From the NCBI GenBank assembly GCA_965243135.1, contig OZ251539.1, positions 1,184,001 through 1,248,000 of the forward strand: 64,000 bases of DNA, given 5' to 3'. The stretch is from Alphaproteobacteria bacterium (GTDB lineage: Bacteria; Pseudomonadota; Alphaproteobacteria; MPNO01; UBA830). A program made the position numbers and the translations under genes. The notes under the pieces are model-generated. The model made no database searches. It worked only from the letters and a program-made list of their open reading frames with translations, and was not told the origin of the DNA. This document shows, piece by piece, positions 44,396-55,428 of this stretch. Positions within the stretch are counted from its first letter, which is position 1; every line of letters starts with the position of its first letter.

Positions 44396-47107
44396 TTGTT
44401 GGCTGACAGCCCCGAGTTTCCGCCGCTTCCCGATATCGAACAGGTTTCCATCGAAGACGAGATGCGCAAGTCGTATCTCGACTACGCGATGAGCGTGATC
44501 GTGAGCCGGGCCCTCCCCGACGTCCGCGACGGACTCAAACCCGTGCATCGCCGCATCCTCCACGTCATGAACGAAGAGGGCTACGACTGGAACCGGGCGT
44601 ATCGCAAGTCGGCGCGCGTCGTCGGCGACGTGATGGGCAAGTACCATCCGCACGGCGACCAGGCGATATACGACGCCATGGTCCGCATGGCGCAGGATTT
44701 CTCCATGCGCCTGCCGTTGATCGACGGACAGGGAAACTTCGGGTCGATGGACGGCGATCCGCCCGCAGCCATGCGATACACCGAGGTTCGACTCCAGCGG
44801 GCGGCTCGCGAACTGTTGGACGACATCGACAAGGAAACGGTCGACTTCCAGCCGAACTACGACGAGACCTCGAAGGAGCCGGTGGTTCTTCCGGCGAAGT
44901 TTCCCAATCTCCTGGTGAACGGCGCCGGCGGCATCGCGGTCGGAATGGCGACCAACATCCCGCCGCACAATCTCGGCGAAGTGATCGACGCCTGCTGCGC
45001 GTTGATCGACAACCCCGACATCTCGTTGAACGAGCTGATCGGCATCGTTCCCGGTCCCGACTTTCCGACCGGCGGGAGCGTCATGGGCCGCCGGGGCATC
45101 ACGTCCGCCTACCATCACGGCCGCGGGTCGGTGGTGATGCGGGGACGCACCGGCGTCGAGGAAATACGCAACAACCGCGAAGCCATAATCGTTACCGAAA
45201 TTCCCTACCAGGTGAACAAGGCGCGCATGATCGAGCGCATCGCGGAACTGGTTCGCGAGAAGAAGATCGAAGGGATTTCGGATCTGCGCGACGAATCGGA
45301 CAGGGACGGCGTGCGGGTCGTGATCGAGCTGAAGCGCGGCGCGATCGCCGACATCGTGCTCAACCAGCTCTACCGGTACTCCTCGCTGCAGACGAGCTTC
45401 GGCATAAACATGCTCGCTCTCGACGAGGGCCGTCCCGGACTTCTCGATCTCAAGCGGATCCTCGAGGCCTTCATCGGCTTCCGCGAGGAGGTCATTCGCC
45501 GCCGCACCGAGTACGACCTCGGGAAGGCGCGCACTCGAGCCCACGTCCTCGTCGGCCTTGCGATCGCCGTCGCGAACATCGACGAAGTCATCGCCCTGAT
45601 CCGCCGCGCGAAGGATCCCAACGAGGCGCGCGCGGAACTCATGGAACGGGACTGGCCCGCGGCGGACGTCGCGCCGCTGATCGAGCTGATCGACGATCCG
45701 GGGCATCGCGTCGTCGACGGGCGTTACAAGCTGTCGGAGGCGCAAGCGCGCGCCATTCTGGAATTGCGGCTGCAACGGCTGACTGGCCTCGAACGGGAAA
45801 AGATCGCCGAAGAGCTGAACGATCTGGCGAAGGAGATAGAGCTTTATCTTTCGATTCTGCGCTCGCGAGAGAAGGTGCTCGCCATCGCGAGGGAGGAACT
45901 GCAGGCCGTGAAGGAGAAGTTCGCGACGCCGCGCCGCACGCTGATCGAGGATGCCGAGTTCGAGACCGATATCGAGGATCTGATTCAGCGCGAAGAAATG
46001 GTGGTTACGGTGAGCCACACCGGATACATCAAGCGCGTGCGCCTTTCCACGTACCGGGCGCAGCGGCGCGGCGGAAAAGGCCGGGCCGGCATGTCGACGC
46101 GCGACGAAGACTTCGTCACCAAGGTGTTCGTCTGCAGCACCCATACGCCGGTCCTGTTCTTTTCGTCGCGCGGAATGGTCTACCGGTTGAAGGTGTTTCG
46201 GCTGCCCGAGGGCGAGCCGCAATGGCGCGGCAAGGCGCTGGTGAACCTTCTGCCGCTCGACGCGGGCGAGGTCATAACGACCGTTTTGCCCCTGCCCGAA
46301 GACGAGGAAACCGGAGAAGACCAGTTCATCATGTTCGCGACGGAGAGCGGCAACGTGCGCCGGAACCGGATGTCCGATTTCACGAGCATCAGGGCGAGCG
46401 GCAAGATCGCGATGAAGCTGGATTCGGGCGACAAGCTGATCGGGGTCGACACCTGCGGCGCGGACGACGACATTCTGCTGGCGGCCAACAACGGCAAGTG
46501 CATTCGTTTTCCTGTCGCCGACACGCGGATATTCAGCAGCCGCAATTCCACCGGCGTGCGCGGGATCAGGCTCGGCGAAGACGACCGGGTGGTGTCGTTG
46601 ACGGTTCTGGACCATACCCGGCTGGACGTCGAAACCCGGGACGCGTATCTGCGCGCGGCCAGGGCGCGCCAGCGAAACGGCGCGGAGGAGCCGGAGGAAA
46701 CGGACGCCGCCGGCGAAGACATCGCGCAGGAGGAATTCCAGCGTCTCGCCGAGGCCGAGCAGTTCATTCTGACCGTGACGGAGAACGGCTTCGGCAAGCG
46801 GACTTCGGCCTACGAGTACCGAACGACCCACAGGGGCGGGCGGGGTCTCGTCAATATCGCTACGGAAGGACGCAACGGGGAGGTCGTCGCGTCCTTCCCG
46901 GTCGCTCCGATGGACCAGATCATGCTGGTGACGAACGGCGGCAAGATCATCCGAAGTCCAGTGGGCGATATCCGCATCGCCGGGCGGGCGACCCAGGGCG
47001 TGAACCTTTTCCGGACGGCGGACGGGGAAAAGGTCGTTTCGGCGGCGCACGTGGAGGAAGGCAACGGGGAAGATGGCAACGGGGAGCGGACGGAGGAGGC
47101 TTCCTGA
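44396..47107 (+). CDS. gyrA: DNA gyrase subunit A
   Basis: [23 protein letters not shown], GyrA-box QRRGGKG. Confidence 0.98.
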   Translation: MLADSPEFPPLPDIEQVSIEDEMRKSYLDYAMSVIVSRALPDVRDGLKPVHRRILHVMNEEGYDWNRAYRKSARVVGDVMGKYHPHGDQAIYDAMVRMAQDFSMRLPLIDGQGNFGSMDGDPPAAMRYTEVRLQRAARELLDDIDKETVDFQPNYDETSKEPVVLPAKFPNLLVNGAGGIAVGMATNIPPHNLGEVIDACCALIDNPDISLNELIGIVPGPDFPTGGSVMGRRGITSAYHHGRGSVVMRGRTGVEEIRNNREAIIVTEIPYQVNKARMIERIAELVREKKIEGISDLRDESDRDGVRVVIELKRGAIADIVLNQLYRYSSLQTSFGINMLALDEGRPGLLDLKRILEAFIGFREEVIRRRTEYDLGKARTRAHVLVGLAIAVANIDEVIALIRRAKDPNEARAELMERDWPAADVAPLIELIDDPGHRVVDGRYKLSEAQARAILELRLQRLTGLEREKIAEELNDLAKEIELYLSILRSREKVLAIAREELQAVKEKFATPRRTLIEDAEFETDIEDLIQREEMVVTVSHTGYIKRVRLSTYRAQRRGGKGRAGMSTRDEDFVTKVFVCSTHTPVLFFSSRGMVYRLKVFRLPEGEPQWRGKALVNLLPLDAGEVITTVLPLPEDEETGEDQFIMFATESGNVRRNRMSDFTSIRASGKIAMKLDSGDKLIGVDTCGADDDILLAANNGKCIRFPVADTRIFSSRNSTGVRGIRLGEDDRVVSLTVLDHTRLDVETRDAYLRAARARQRNGAEEPEETDAAGEDIAQEEFQRLAEAEQFILTVTENGFGKRTSAYEYRTTHRGGRGLVNIATEGRNGEVVASFPVAPMDQIMLVTNGGKIIRSPVGDIRIAGRATQGVNLFRTADGEKVVSAAHVEEGNGEDGNGERTEEAS

Positions 47108-47801
47108 AGCGCGCCTTCGGACAGCGTTCCCGAGAATGTCCGGGAGGATTCGAACATCGTTTCCCCTCAACGGATCCGAGCGCCGAAAATACCGTAAAGC
47201 GGCACGGCGTTTCTTTCCATCGCATGGACAGCAACCGCTACGGATGACGAAAACGGGCGAGGCGACGCAGAAGGCGCTGGTCACCGACGGGTGCAGGTCC
47301 GATATCGCCAAACCGGAAAATCTAGAAAGTTTACCCGCCTGCGCCGCCCTGGAGGCTGACGTTACCGTGCATCGCCCGAGGTTGCCGGCCTTTTCGGCGC
47401 GCTGGTATAGTGCTGCCGGATCATGAGGAAGGATGGCGCGATGAGGTCGGAGGATCCGAGAGTGCTCGACATCGGCGTTGGGGCGATGCTCGCCCAGGGC
47501 CGGAGGAGTCGCGCCGGATGCTCGCGCCCGTCACGAAATTCTCGGTCGGCTTCGGGACGGCCCGAAAGAAAAACGCGAGGTTGGCGCGCCACGGCAGTTG
47601 TTCGCCGCCGCGCTCGCCCGGCGAAACATGCGGAAGGGCCGCCCCCTCCAGAGACGTCCGGCGCCGCCTCGCGGTTGCGTCTTCGGAAGACCGCAGCGAA
47701 GCAGGCAGCCGACCGGACGCCGCCAGCGCAGCGGCCGGTCGACGCTGCGGCGTAAGGCGCCTCTTTCCTCGCGAACGACACGGTTTGCCCGCCGCAAAAG
47801 C

Positions 47802-50036
47802 ATGAACAAAGCGCAATTCTCCGTCGACGCCGCACTCGTCCGCGAACTGGGCGAACGCTTGGTAGGCCGGGACCATATCGCGCTGGCCGAACTGGCGAAG
47901 AACGCTTACGACGCCGATGCTGCCAATTGCAGCATCCGCATATTCGACGACTATATCGAGATTGCCGACGACGGCCATGGCATGTCGGAGGCGGTATTCT
48001 TGGATCATTGGATGCGTATCGGCACGACCCACAAGGCCGACCGGCAGTTTTCCGAAAAGTTTAGGCGACCCCTTGCGGGGTCCAAGGGAATCGGACGCTT
48101 GTCCGTCCAGTTTCTCGCAGAAGAGATGGAACTCTACAGCACGTCGCCGGAGCGTCCGAACTCGGCGCTCTATGCGATCGTCGACTGGCGCGGCATCGAA
48201 CAAGGGAAAGACCTCGCTACGTTCAATGTCGATTGGGACTTCATTTCCGACGTGCCGGACTATGCGGCCGGCAGCCTGACGGGAACCCTGATCCGTCTCA
48301 AGAACCTGAAGACGGAATGGACCGCAGAAACGCTTCGAAGCCTCGGCGGGGAAATCTGGACTCTCCGGTCGCCGTTCGGGCGTCGATCCCGCGCCGGCAG
48401 CGCAGAAGAATTCGTCATCGATCTGGACGCGCCGAAAATCGCCGGCGCACGGGAAGCGTTCGACGCAGCGCAGACAGCTCTTTTCGACAACTGGCGCGCC
48501 CGCATCAAGGGCAACCTTACGCGGGGCCGACGAGGCGAACCGGCGCTCGTCTCCCTCGAATTCAGGCCGGGCTATCCCGACGGTTCGAGCGATGCCGAGG
48601 ATTTTTCGGAGACCGTGCCGCTGCCCGTTCGCACCGGCCCCGATGCCCCGGAACCGTTCGTCGACGAAGCTTCCTTCGAGATTCTTGTCTTCAGGACCGA
48701 GGGTCGGCAAGCTGGCGGCCTCTCCGTCCGGAACGTAAGAGACTATCTTGCAAAGTTCGGCAATGTCTCCTTATACGATGCCGGCTTTCGACTTCCCTAC
48801 TACGGCGGCAGCAATGAAACGGGCGGGCAGGACTGGCTGGGCGTGGCGGTCGACCAGGCGCGGCGGCTGAACGTTTCGAAACTGTTGCCTGACCGCCTGC
48901 AAGCTTCCAGCCGCTACATGCAGGATCTGCCGGCGCCCGGGCGGATCTTCGGCGCTGTCCATGTGAACACTGGCCACGAAGCGGCAGCGGCGCGCGCCGA
49001 GGGCGCCCTCCGACTGCAGATTCAACCGGGCCGGGATCGGCTTCACAACAATGCCGCCTTCGTTCAGTTGCGCGACCTCGTCCGTTTCTCGCTCGACCTC
49101 TACGCATTCCGATACCGGCAACTCTCGCTCCGCGCGGCCGAAAGAGAGATGCCGAAGGAACCGCCGTCGCGCACGATCGACCGTTCGCTCGCCACTATCG
49201 AACGCAACAGGGACGACATCCCCACGACCGTCTACCGTGAAGTCCGCGAAGACGTCCTCGGCGCGAAGAAAGCGGCCGCTGCCGCGGAACGGACGTTCGA
49301 AGAACGTATCGCGGCACTGGCGCCATTGGCCACCGCAGGCATGACGGCGCTGGCGCTTAACCACGAACTTGCCCGCGAAACCCGCTTCATGCAGGCTGCC
49401 TCCGACCGTCTCCGCCAGATGGCGGAGGCCCGTTCGCTGCCTGAACTGAAAGATATGGCCGACCAGTTCGACGAGCTGCGCGGTCGACTCGCGTCGATCC
49501 AGGCTCTTTTCGCTCCGCTGCTTTCCGAAGCGGATTCAGCGCCGACCGAGCGTCTGCGGGCGCTTCCGGTGATCCAACAAATCGTCGGCTCCATGCGTCC
49601 CCTTCTGCCGGGTGTCGAAGTCGATTTCACAGGCGTGCTTGGCACACTGCGGTTTCCGGTCGGATCGTTCGCCGAATGGAGCGCGATCATTCAGAATGCT
49701 CTCGCAAACGCTTGGAATGCAACGTTGGACTCCTCGCGCCGAATTATTTCATTCGACAGCGGCCGTGATCGCAGCGGACGGGACCGGCTTTTGATCAGCG
49801 ACACGGGGGGCGGCTTGGCGATGCCGCTGTCGGCATCGGACGTTTTGTTCGAGCCGTTCGAGCGCCGCTTCGAGATTAGCGACGACAACCGTTCGATCGC
49901 TATCGGCGGGCAGGGACTCGGCTTGACGCTCATTCGCATGCTGTCCGCTCGCATCGGCGCGCGAGCCCGTTTCGTGAAACCGTTGGAAAATTTCTCGACA
50001 TCGTTGGAGATCTCGTGGATGGGGGTTAAGGAATGA
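47802..50036 (+). CDS. GHKL (MORC-like) ATPase fused to C-terminal histidine-kinase module
   Basis: N: ELAKNAYDADA, DDGHGM, GSKGIGRLS, GTLIRL; C: NHEL H-box, NALANA N-box, DTGGG, LFEPF, GQGLGL. Confidence 0.88.
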   Translation: MNKAQFSVDAALVRELGERLVGRDHIALAELAKNAYDADAANCSIRIFDDYIEIADDGHGMSEAVFLDHWMRIGTTHKADRQFSEKFRRPLAGSKGIGRLSVQFLAEEMELYSTSPERPNSALYAIVDWRGIEQGKDLATFNVDWDFISDVPDYAAGSLTGTLIRLKNLKTEWTAETLRSLGGEIWTLRSPFGRRSRAGSAEEFVIDLDAPKIAGAREAFDAAQTALFDNWRARIKGNLTRGRRGEPALVSLEFRPGYPDGSSDAEDFSETVPLPVRTGPDAPEPFVDEASFEILVFRTEGRQAGGLSVRNVRDYLAKFGNVSLYDAGFRLPYYGGSNETGGQDWLGVAVDQARRLNVSKLLPDRLQASSRYMQDLPAPGRIFGAVHVNTGHEAAAARAEGALRLQIQPGRDRLHNNAAFVQLRDLVRFSLDLYAFRYRQLSLRAAEREMPKEPPSRTIDRSLATIERNRDDIPTTVYREVREDVLGAKKAAAAAERTFEERIAALAPLATAGMTALALNHELARETRFMQAASDRLRQMAEARSLPELKDMADQFDELRGRLASIQALFAPLLSEADSAPTERLRALPVIQQIVGSMRPLLPGVEVDFTGVLGTLRFPVGSFAEWSAIIQNALANAWNATLDSSRRIISFDSGRDRSGRDRLLISDTGGGLAMPLSASDVLFEPFERRFEISDDNRSIAIGGQGLGLTLIRMLSARIGARARFVKPLENFSTSLEISWMGVKE

Positions 50037-51319
50037 AAGTTCTTGTTTGCGACGACTTGTCGGAAGACAAGGATGATTTCGGTGAAGCGATTCGGGAAGC
50101 CGATCCCAATATAGAAGTAGAGCGCTTGCACGGCACCACGTTGCCGGAAGAGCTGGACCGTTTGTTTAAGAACGTTTCAAGCATTCTGAAAGCGCCTGAT
50201 CGGCCGTCGCCGCATCCGACGAAATTCGATGAAAGTTACGACCTTGTATTTCTCGACAACAATCTGGCTTATTTGAATATTGTCGGTGCGAGGCTGACGG
50301 GCGAGGCTGTCGCCGGGTACATCAGGGCGTTTTCGTCCTCCTGTTACGTCGTGTCGCTAAACAAAAATCCCGATGTGGACTTCGACTTGCGCTACTTGAT
50401 GGGCGATTACGAGACCCGGGCGGATTTGGCGTTGAACACCGATCATCTTTCCAATCGGGCGCTGTGGACGCACAGAAAGCAAGAAGCGACAGACGGTTTT
50501 CTGCCGTCGTATTGGCCCTGCCTGAACGAAATCGGGCGGAAACGCCGCCTCCAGATAGGTTTTGTTTTGGAAAACCTGAACCGGCCTGTTCTGGAGGTAT
50601 TCCAATTCGATGAAAATGCGGTAGAAATGCTGTCCAGACATGCGAAAGGGACGCTTTTCCAATCTCCGAGCGCGAACGCTTCCGCTGTCGAAGATTCCAA
50701 TTTTGACAAAGCGACGTTTATGGATTTATTTTCCGCCTCAAGGCGTTTCCTTCCTGTTCCGAAAGAAAGGGAATGCATAAGGGCGGCGGCCGAGAAGAAT
50801 TCTCAAAATGCGAAACGGATCGTCGCCCGCGTGGTTGCGGCGACAATCGATCACTGGTTCCGCCGCGATGTCCTCGGCCCACAGGAAGTTCTCGTGGACA
50901 TGGCTCATTTGCTGCCGCGCATGCCGTTTCTCTTGGGCACGGGAGCAAGCGACGTCGACCGCTGGAACGCCGCGCTCGAAGCCGATGATCCACTGTCCGC
51001 TCTGGATCGCGCCTTGGTCGAAAAGCACCTATGGGGGAGCCTTTTTCCTCATGATATTTGGATCCCATCTCCTTGTTTCTGGTGGAACAGGCTTCAAGAC
51101 AACGAAGAGCTGAACGAGTTTTTCTTTCAGGAAGACACGAACTGGGCTTCCGTTGTTTTTTGCGAGGATAAATCCGAATTCGTTCCACGACCCGACGACG
51201 ATCAATCGCCGCCGTTCGAATTTGCCGCCGAATACGAAAGCGGCGCATGGAACCGGCGTTTCGTAAATTCCATCGAAGGATTTAGATATGGTCCGAAAAG
51301 TCGCTTTGCTGCTCCGTGA
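50033..51319 (+). CDS. Receiver-domain protein with unknown C-terminal region
   Basis: MKVLVCDD acidic pair and LVFLDNNL phosphoacceptor-like Asp; ATGA overlap with the kinase gene. Confidence 0.75.
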   Translation: MKVLVCDDLSEDKDDFGEAIREADPNIEVERLHGTTLPEELDRLFKNVSSILKAPDRPSPHPTKFDESYDLVFLDNNLAYLNIVGARLTGEAVAGYIRAFSSSCYVVSLNKNPDVDFDLRYLMGDYETRADLALNTDHLSNRALWTHRKQEATDGFLPSYWPCLNEIGRKRRLQIGFVLENLNRPVLEVFQFDENAVEMLSRHAKGTLFQSPSANASAVEDSNFDKATFMDLFSASRRFLPVPKERECIRAAAEKNSQNAKRIVARVVAATIDHWFRRDVLGPQEVLVDMAHLLPRMPFLLGTGASDVDRWNAALEADDPLSALDRALVEKHLWGSLFPHDIWIPSPCFWWNRLQDNEELNEFFFQEDTNWASVVFCEDKSEFVPRPDDDQSPPFEFAAEYESGAWNRRFVNSIEGFRYGPKSRFAAP

Positions 51320-51356
51320 TTTTTGTATTCGACGAAGCAATATTGGCCGCATTAAA

Positions 51357-51974
51357 ATGGATTACATGGAACTTATGCGCGGCTATGCGATCACCGGGGT
51401 GCGCGATTGGAAATCAAAAGCGCCCGAATCCATAAGGAAAAACGCTTTGGAGTGCTTAGCGCACAGGTATCTGGCGGAGGAGGAACAATATATTGACAAC
51501 ATCTTGCGGCAAGAGAAATCTAGCCCCTCGCCGAGATTCATTCCGATGCCGCGACCGGGTTTCAGAAGATCGACAAAAAAGCGTTTTCAATGGACGTTCT
51601 TTGCGCCCGTCGGATTGGATGATATAATGAGTTTTGAGTTGTTGATTTTGTACGAAAAAAGGCAATGTCTTGCGTTTCGTTTGGAACCAGGACATCCTGA
51701 AAGCAGATCGCATAATTATACGCATATTCAATTCAACCAAGATTTGTACAAAAAGAGAATTCAAGTCGCAGGAATCCCGCCTTTCATTTCTGACAGCTTT
51801 CCAGCCTTTCCGTTGCCGGGTTCGGATGCCATCTCGTTGTTTTTTGCTATGATTGTTGCCGTTCACGGATACCAAGGAACCCTCAACATAATACAGCGTG
51901 TGTTTCAGGCGGGCAGTGGTTCAGAGAAAGTTAGTAAGTATTTGATACATTTAAGAAATCTGTTAAGAGTCTAA
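51357..51974 (+). CDS. Hypothetical AT-rich protein, candidate effector
   Basis: 205 aa; FRLE...HNYTHIQ and SFPAFPLP motifs; co-oriented with the kinase and receiver genes. Confidence 0.7.
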   Translation: MDYMELMRGYAITGVRDWKSKAPESIRKNALECLAHRYLAEEEQYIDNILRQEKSSPSPRFIPMPRPGFRRSTKKRFQWTFFAPVGLDDIMSFELLILYEKRQCLAFRLEPGHPESRSHNYTHIQFNQDLYKKRIQVAGIPPFISDSFPAFPLPGSDAISLFFAMIVAVHGYQGTLNIIQRVFQAGSGSEKVSKYLIHLRNLLRV

Positions 51975-53402
51975 TGGAACGGTAGCTAAAAATCGTCGGT
52001 AGCAGCGTATGTATCCGCCCTTGATCTTTGGCGCTATGCCTACCAACGCCCGTTCCAGCCCTCCGTCCTTCAACCTCCCGTACAACTCGTCGACGTCATC
52101 GTCCGGTGCGAAGATTGCATAGACGCCGTGCGAAGGGATCGCCCCCGACCTGTCCACCGCAAGCCGGGGAACCTTGGCGAGTTCCGGAAGAACGAGCTTC
52201 GGCCGTGCCCAGTCGACAGCGAGCGTTCGGTCGATCGTCCGGTACCAGGCCGCTCCGTTTCTGACGATCGAGCGATTTTCGAGTTTGGTTTTGAAGCGCT
52301 CCAGGCGAGCGGCCAGCAATGGAAAACGGTCGAGGTCTATCAGCCTTCCGTCGTCGTCGTGCATGGCGACGACGCGGCGTCCGCGCCACGTCACACGCCC
52401 CTCCGAGATTTCCGAGCCGTCGATCCACGGGCGAAGAAGTTCCTGTTCGACGTCGTTCTCCTCGGGTCGGAGGACGAACGCGGGCGTATGGCCCAGCGCC
52501 GGTCCGACCCGAATCAGGCAGTTCGCGTCCGCCAGCGTCCGGCGCCTCGCGCCCGCAGAGGCCTTTCGCTTTTCCGCTCTCTTGGATGCGACCAGAATCG
52601 ACGGATAGGCGTCCACGCCGGTTGCAAAGGCTTCCGCCGCGTCGATCGATCTCTCGGAGATTATCTTCAAACGCGGCGTCCATTTGTCGCGGAAGGCTTG
52701 ACCAAAGGCCATGAAACGCCAGCGGTCGGAACACAGAAATCCGCACCGCCCGCCGACCTCCAGAAAATCCAGCGCCATGTCGAGAAAGGGCAGGAAGAGA
52801 TCGCCGCCCGTCACTTTGCCGGGCAGACGCGCGGCATAGCGGGATTTGAGCGGTTCCGGGATCTTTGACCAACGAATGTAGGGCGGATTCCCGACTGCAT
52901 GCGTAAAATTCCAGTTCCCGGGTTCAGCCATGAGAAAATCTTCGTCGGCAATCCAGGCGTTGACGCAGGCGGTCGCCGTCCGGTGGTGCAAACCGGACTT
53001 CAGGAGCGTTTTCCAGACGCGCATTCGCGCTTCGCCCGCGGCGGCGGGGTGGATCTCGAAAGCGCTGATCCTATCGACGAGCTGCGCCGCCTTCGGATCG
53101 ATGTCTCGCCTCCTGAACGAAGCGATCAGGCGCTCTGCCGCAGCGACGAGGAACGCGCCGTTCCCCGCGGCCGGCTCCAAAAGGCGAGTTTCGGCGAGAT
53201 CGGCGCCGCTCGTCCACCCCACGGCGTCGAGAATCTCGTTCACGATTTCCGGTTTCGTGTAAACCCCGCATCGCGCATGGAGTTCCTGCACGGCGCGGTC
53301 GACGACCGGTTCCCTGCTTCTCTCCTTTCGCGGGCTCGTATCGTCCCCGGAGGCCGGAACGGCCGCCGTTCCCGGTGCCGCCAGGCTCCCGCCGTCGCCC
53401 AT
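51963..53402 (-). CDS. N6-adenine DNA methyltransferase (gamma class, TaqI/PaeR7I/Eco57I-like)
   Basis: VYTKP, LLEPAAGNGAF (motif I) preceding GNPPY (motif IV); start uncertain. Confidence 0.9.
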   Translation of the reverse strand: MGDGGSLAAPGTAAVPASGDDTSPRKERSREPVVDRAVQELHARCGVYTKPEIVNEILDAVGWTSGADLAETRLLEPAAGNGAFLVAAAERLIASFRRRDIDPKAAQLVDRISAFEIHPAAAGEARMRVWKTLLKSGLHHRTATACVNAWIADEDFLMAEPGNWNFTHAVGNPPYIRWSKIPEPLKSRYAARLPGKVTGGDLFLPFLDMALDFLEVGGRCGFLCSDRWRFMAFGQAFRDKWTPRLKIISERSIDAAEAFATGVDAYPSILVASKRAEKRKASAGARRRTLADANCLIRVGPALGHTPAFVLRPEENDVEQELLRPWIDGSEISEGRVTWRGRRVVAMHDDDGRLIDLDRFPLLAARLERFKTKLENRSIVRNGAAWYRTIDRTLAVDWARPKLVLPELAKVPRLAVDRSGAIPSHGVYAIFAPDDDVDELYGRLKDGGLERALVGIAPKIKGGYIRCYRRFLATVPLDS

Positions 53403-53439
53403 GCGCCGGGGCGCGGTTTGCGATATGATGCCGTTCGTA

Positions 53440-54588
53440 ATGATTGTCGCAGGCCTCTTTGCCGGAATAGGAGGTTTCGAACACGCCTTCGCCCAAGCGG
53501 GGTTCGAAACCCGTTTGCTCGCCGAGATCGATCACGCGGCGCGGGCGATCCTAGAGGAACGCTTTCCGGGGATCCAGATCGGAAAGGACGTGGCACGCTT
53601 GACGGAGCTCCCGCACGGCACGGAGATCGTAACCGCCGGATTTCCTTGCCAGAACCTGAGCATGGCGGGCGACAAGTCCGGCATCGACGGCGACAAGTCT
53701 TCCGCCGTGAAAGCGATTTTTCCGCTGATAGAGCGGGCGAACGTCGGCACCGTCGTTATAGAGAACGTTTACTTCATGCTGCAGCTCAAATCCGGCGATG
53801 CCATGCGCTGGCTGGTCGAGCAGTTCGAGAAGCTGGAGTTCAAGTGGGCGTACCGCGTCCTGGATACCATGGGCTTCGGACTACCGCAGCGCCGCCGTCG
53901 CGTGTACATGGTGGCCAGTCGGGAGATCGACCCCCGGAGCGTGCTATTTGCGGATGACGCTCACGCCTCCGTGGCCGAGAATTACGATCTGAGAAAGCCC
54001 TTGGGATTCTATTGGACCGAAGGGCGATCCGGCGTCGGCTTCGTGTCGGACGCCATCCCGCCGATCAAGGCCGGCTCGTCGTTGGGAATTCCGTCGCCGC
54101 CCGCCGCGCTTTTTCCTGACGGCGAGGTCCTGATGCCCGACATCGCCGCTTGCGAACGCCTCCAGGGATTTCCGGAAGGATGGACCTTTCCCGCCGAAGA
54201 CAGGGGTACGAGAGGCGTCCGTTGGCGCTTGATCGGCAACGCTGTTTCCGTACCGGTCGCGCAATGGATCGCCGGGCGCCTCAGAGAACCCGGAACGCCT
54301 CGGGAGTTCGACGTCTTCGAACTCGGCGACGGCGACCGCTGGCCGGCTTCCGGCTGGAACGTCGGAGACGGTCGGATCGGCGCAATCGCCTCGGACAAGC
54401 CGTTCGACGCCCGCCCGCCGTCGATCGCGACATTCCGGGATGCGTCCTGGTCGAGGTTGTCCGACCGTGCATTGAACGGCTTTATCGGACGCGCCGTCGA
54501 GGGAGGCCTGAGAATGCCGCCGGGTTTTCTCGAAGCTCTTCGCTCGGCGGATCGCAGACCCCCAAGCCGCCAAAGGACGCGCAGGTAA
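53440..54588 (+). CDS. dcm: C5-cytosine DNA methyltransferase
   Basis: LFAGIGG, AGFPCQ, IENV, PQRRRR, ERLQGFP, GNAV. Confidence 0.93.
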   Translation: MIVAGLFAGIGGFEHAFAQAGFETRLLAEIDHAARAILEERFPGIQIGKDVARLTELPHGTEIVTAGFPCQNLSMAGDKSGIDGDKSSAVKAIFPLIERANVGTVVIENVYFMLQLKSGDAMRWLVEQFEKLEFKWAYRVLDTMGFGLPQRRRRVYMVASREIDPRSVLFADDAHASVAENYDLRKPLGFYWTEGRSGVGFVSDAIPPIKAGSSLGIPSPPAALFPDGEVLMPDIAACERLQGFPEGWTFPAEDRGTRGVRWRLIGNAVSVPVAQWIAGRLREPGTPREFDVFELGDGDRWPASGWNVGDGRIGAIASDKPFDARPPSIATFRDASWSRLSDRALNGFIGRAVEGGLRMPPGFLEALRSADRRPPSRQRTRR

Positions 54589-54709
54589 CCGGCATCGCGA
54601 GCCCGAACCGCTGCCGCGCAATCATGTCGAAGGTTTGGCGGAAGGATACGAAGCTGACATGCGACGCCCTTCGACGAGCTACCGCTGCTGTCTGCAAAAG
54701 CTCCCCGGC
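54585..54709 (+). pseudogene. vsr: Very-short-patch repair endonuclease Vsr, 5' relic
   Basis: Overlaps dcm stop; (V)TGIASPNRCRAIMSKVWRKDTK and YR..LQKLPG resemble Vsr D..S...RS..MS.V..KDTKPE...YR....LPG. Confidence 0.7.
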
Positions 54710-55056
54710 GCGCGATACTTCGTCCGGGTCGCCGACGGCGAACCCCTCGCCGTCCTCGACTTCGGCGCCGCAACCTGGAAGATCGCGCATCAGGACAAGA
54801 TCGTCGGAACCGCCGCCTTGCCGCCGACGGTCACCGAGGCCTGCCTTGGGTTCGGAACCTCGCGTCCCTCGCTCTGGTGACGACCGCCCGATGACGGGAA
54901 GCGCCGCTACGCATCGGTTCTTCTCAAGACGTTCTGCAAGACTCCGCGCTTCGAAGGAACCCACGCCGCCAGCAAGGCAGGGCCGCGAAGCGCCCGGGAC
55001 GCACCGTTCAACTGGCTGAAGCCCCTGCGCCGGGATCGGAGGCGGATCCTCAACAA
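54701..55056 (+). pseudogene. DUF4338-domain relic
   Basis: LPGARYFVR..DGEPLAVLDFGAATWK...D, RY..VLLKTFC.TPRF.GT, KPLRRD.RRILN across frames. Confidence 0.7.
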
Positions 55057-55428
55057 CGTCACCCCACAACCGAACGCTTACTGAAGCACAGGCCGCGCTT
55101 GTACCTGCGAAAAACTTGAGCTTGCGTTCGAAATCCTTCAACGCCGATCTTGTCGTCGGCGCGGGGACGACGAGATTATCGTTGACGCTGCCACGCAGGA
55201 CGGCGTCGTTGGCGGGACGCGCCATCGTTGCCTGCAATCTTGGAGAGAGGTTTGCACGCCTGCAAAAGAGGCTTGAAATCCGGGTCGCACCGGATTACTG
55301 TACGCCGCGATGGCCTGTCCTTGGCGGGTTTTGTAATAATTTGATTTAATTGCAAAATTCTGCGATTCAACCAAGCGAGATGCGCGGGTTGGGCTCTCCC
55401 GGACGGCGACACTGGCATGGAAGGCACG

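Noticed and set aside
44330-47311. Very long antisense or alternate-frame ORFs (also over cysNC, secD, uvrA, AAA genes)
   Set aside because: Expected shadows of high-GC codon usage opposite well-supported genes
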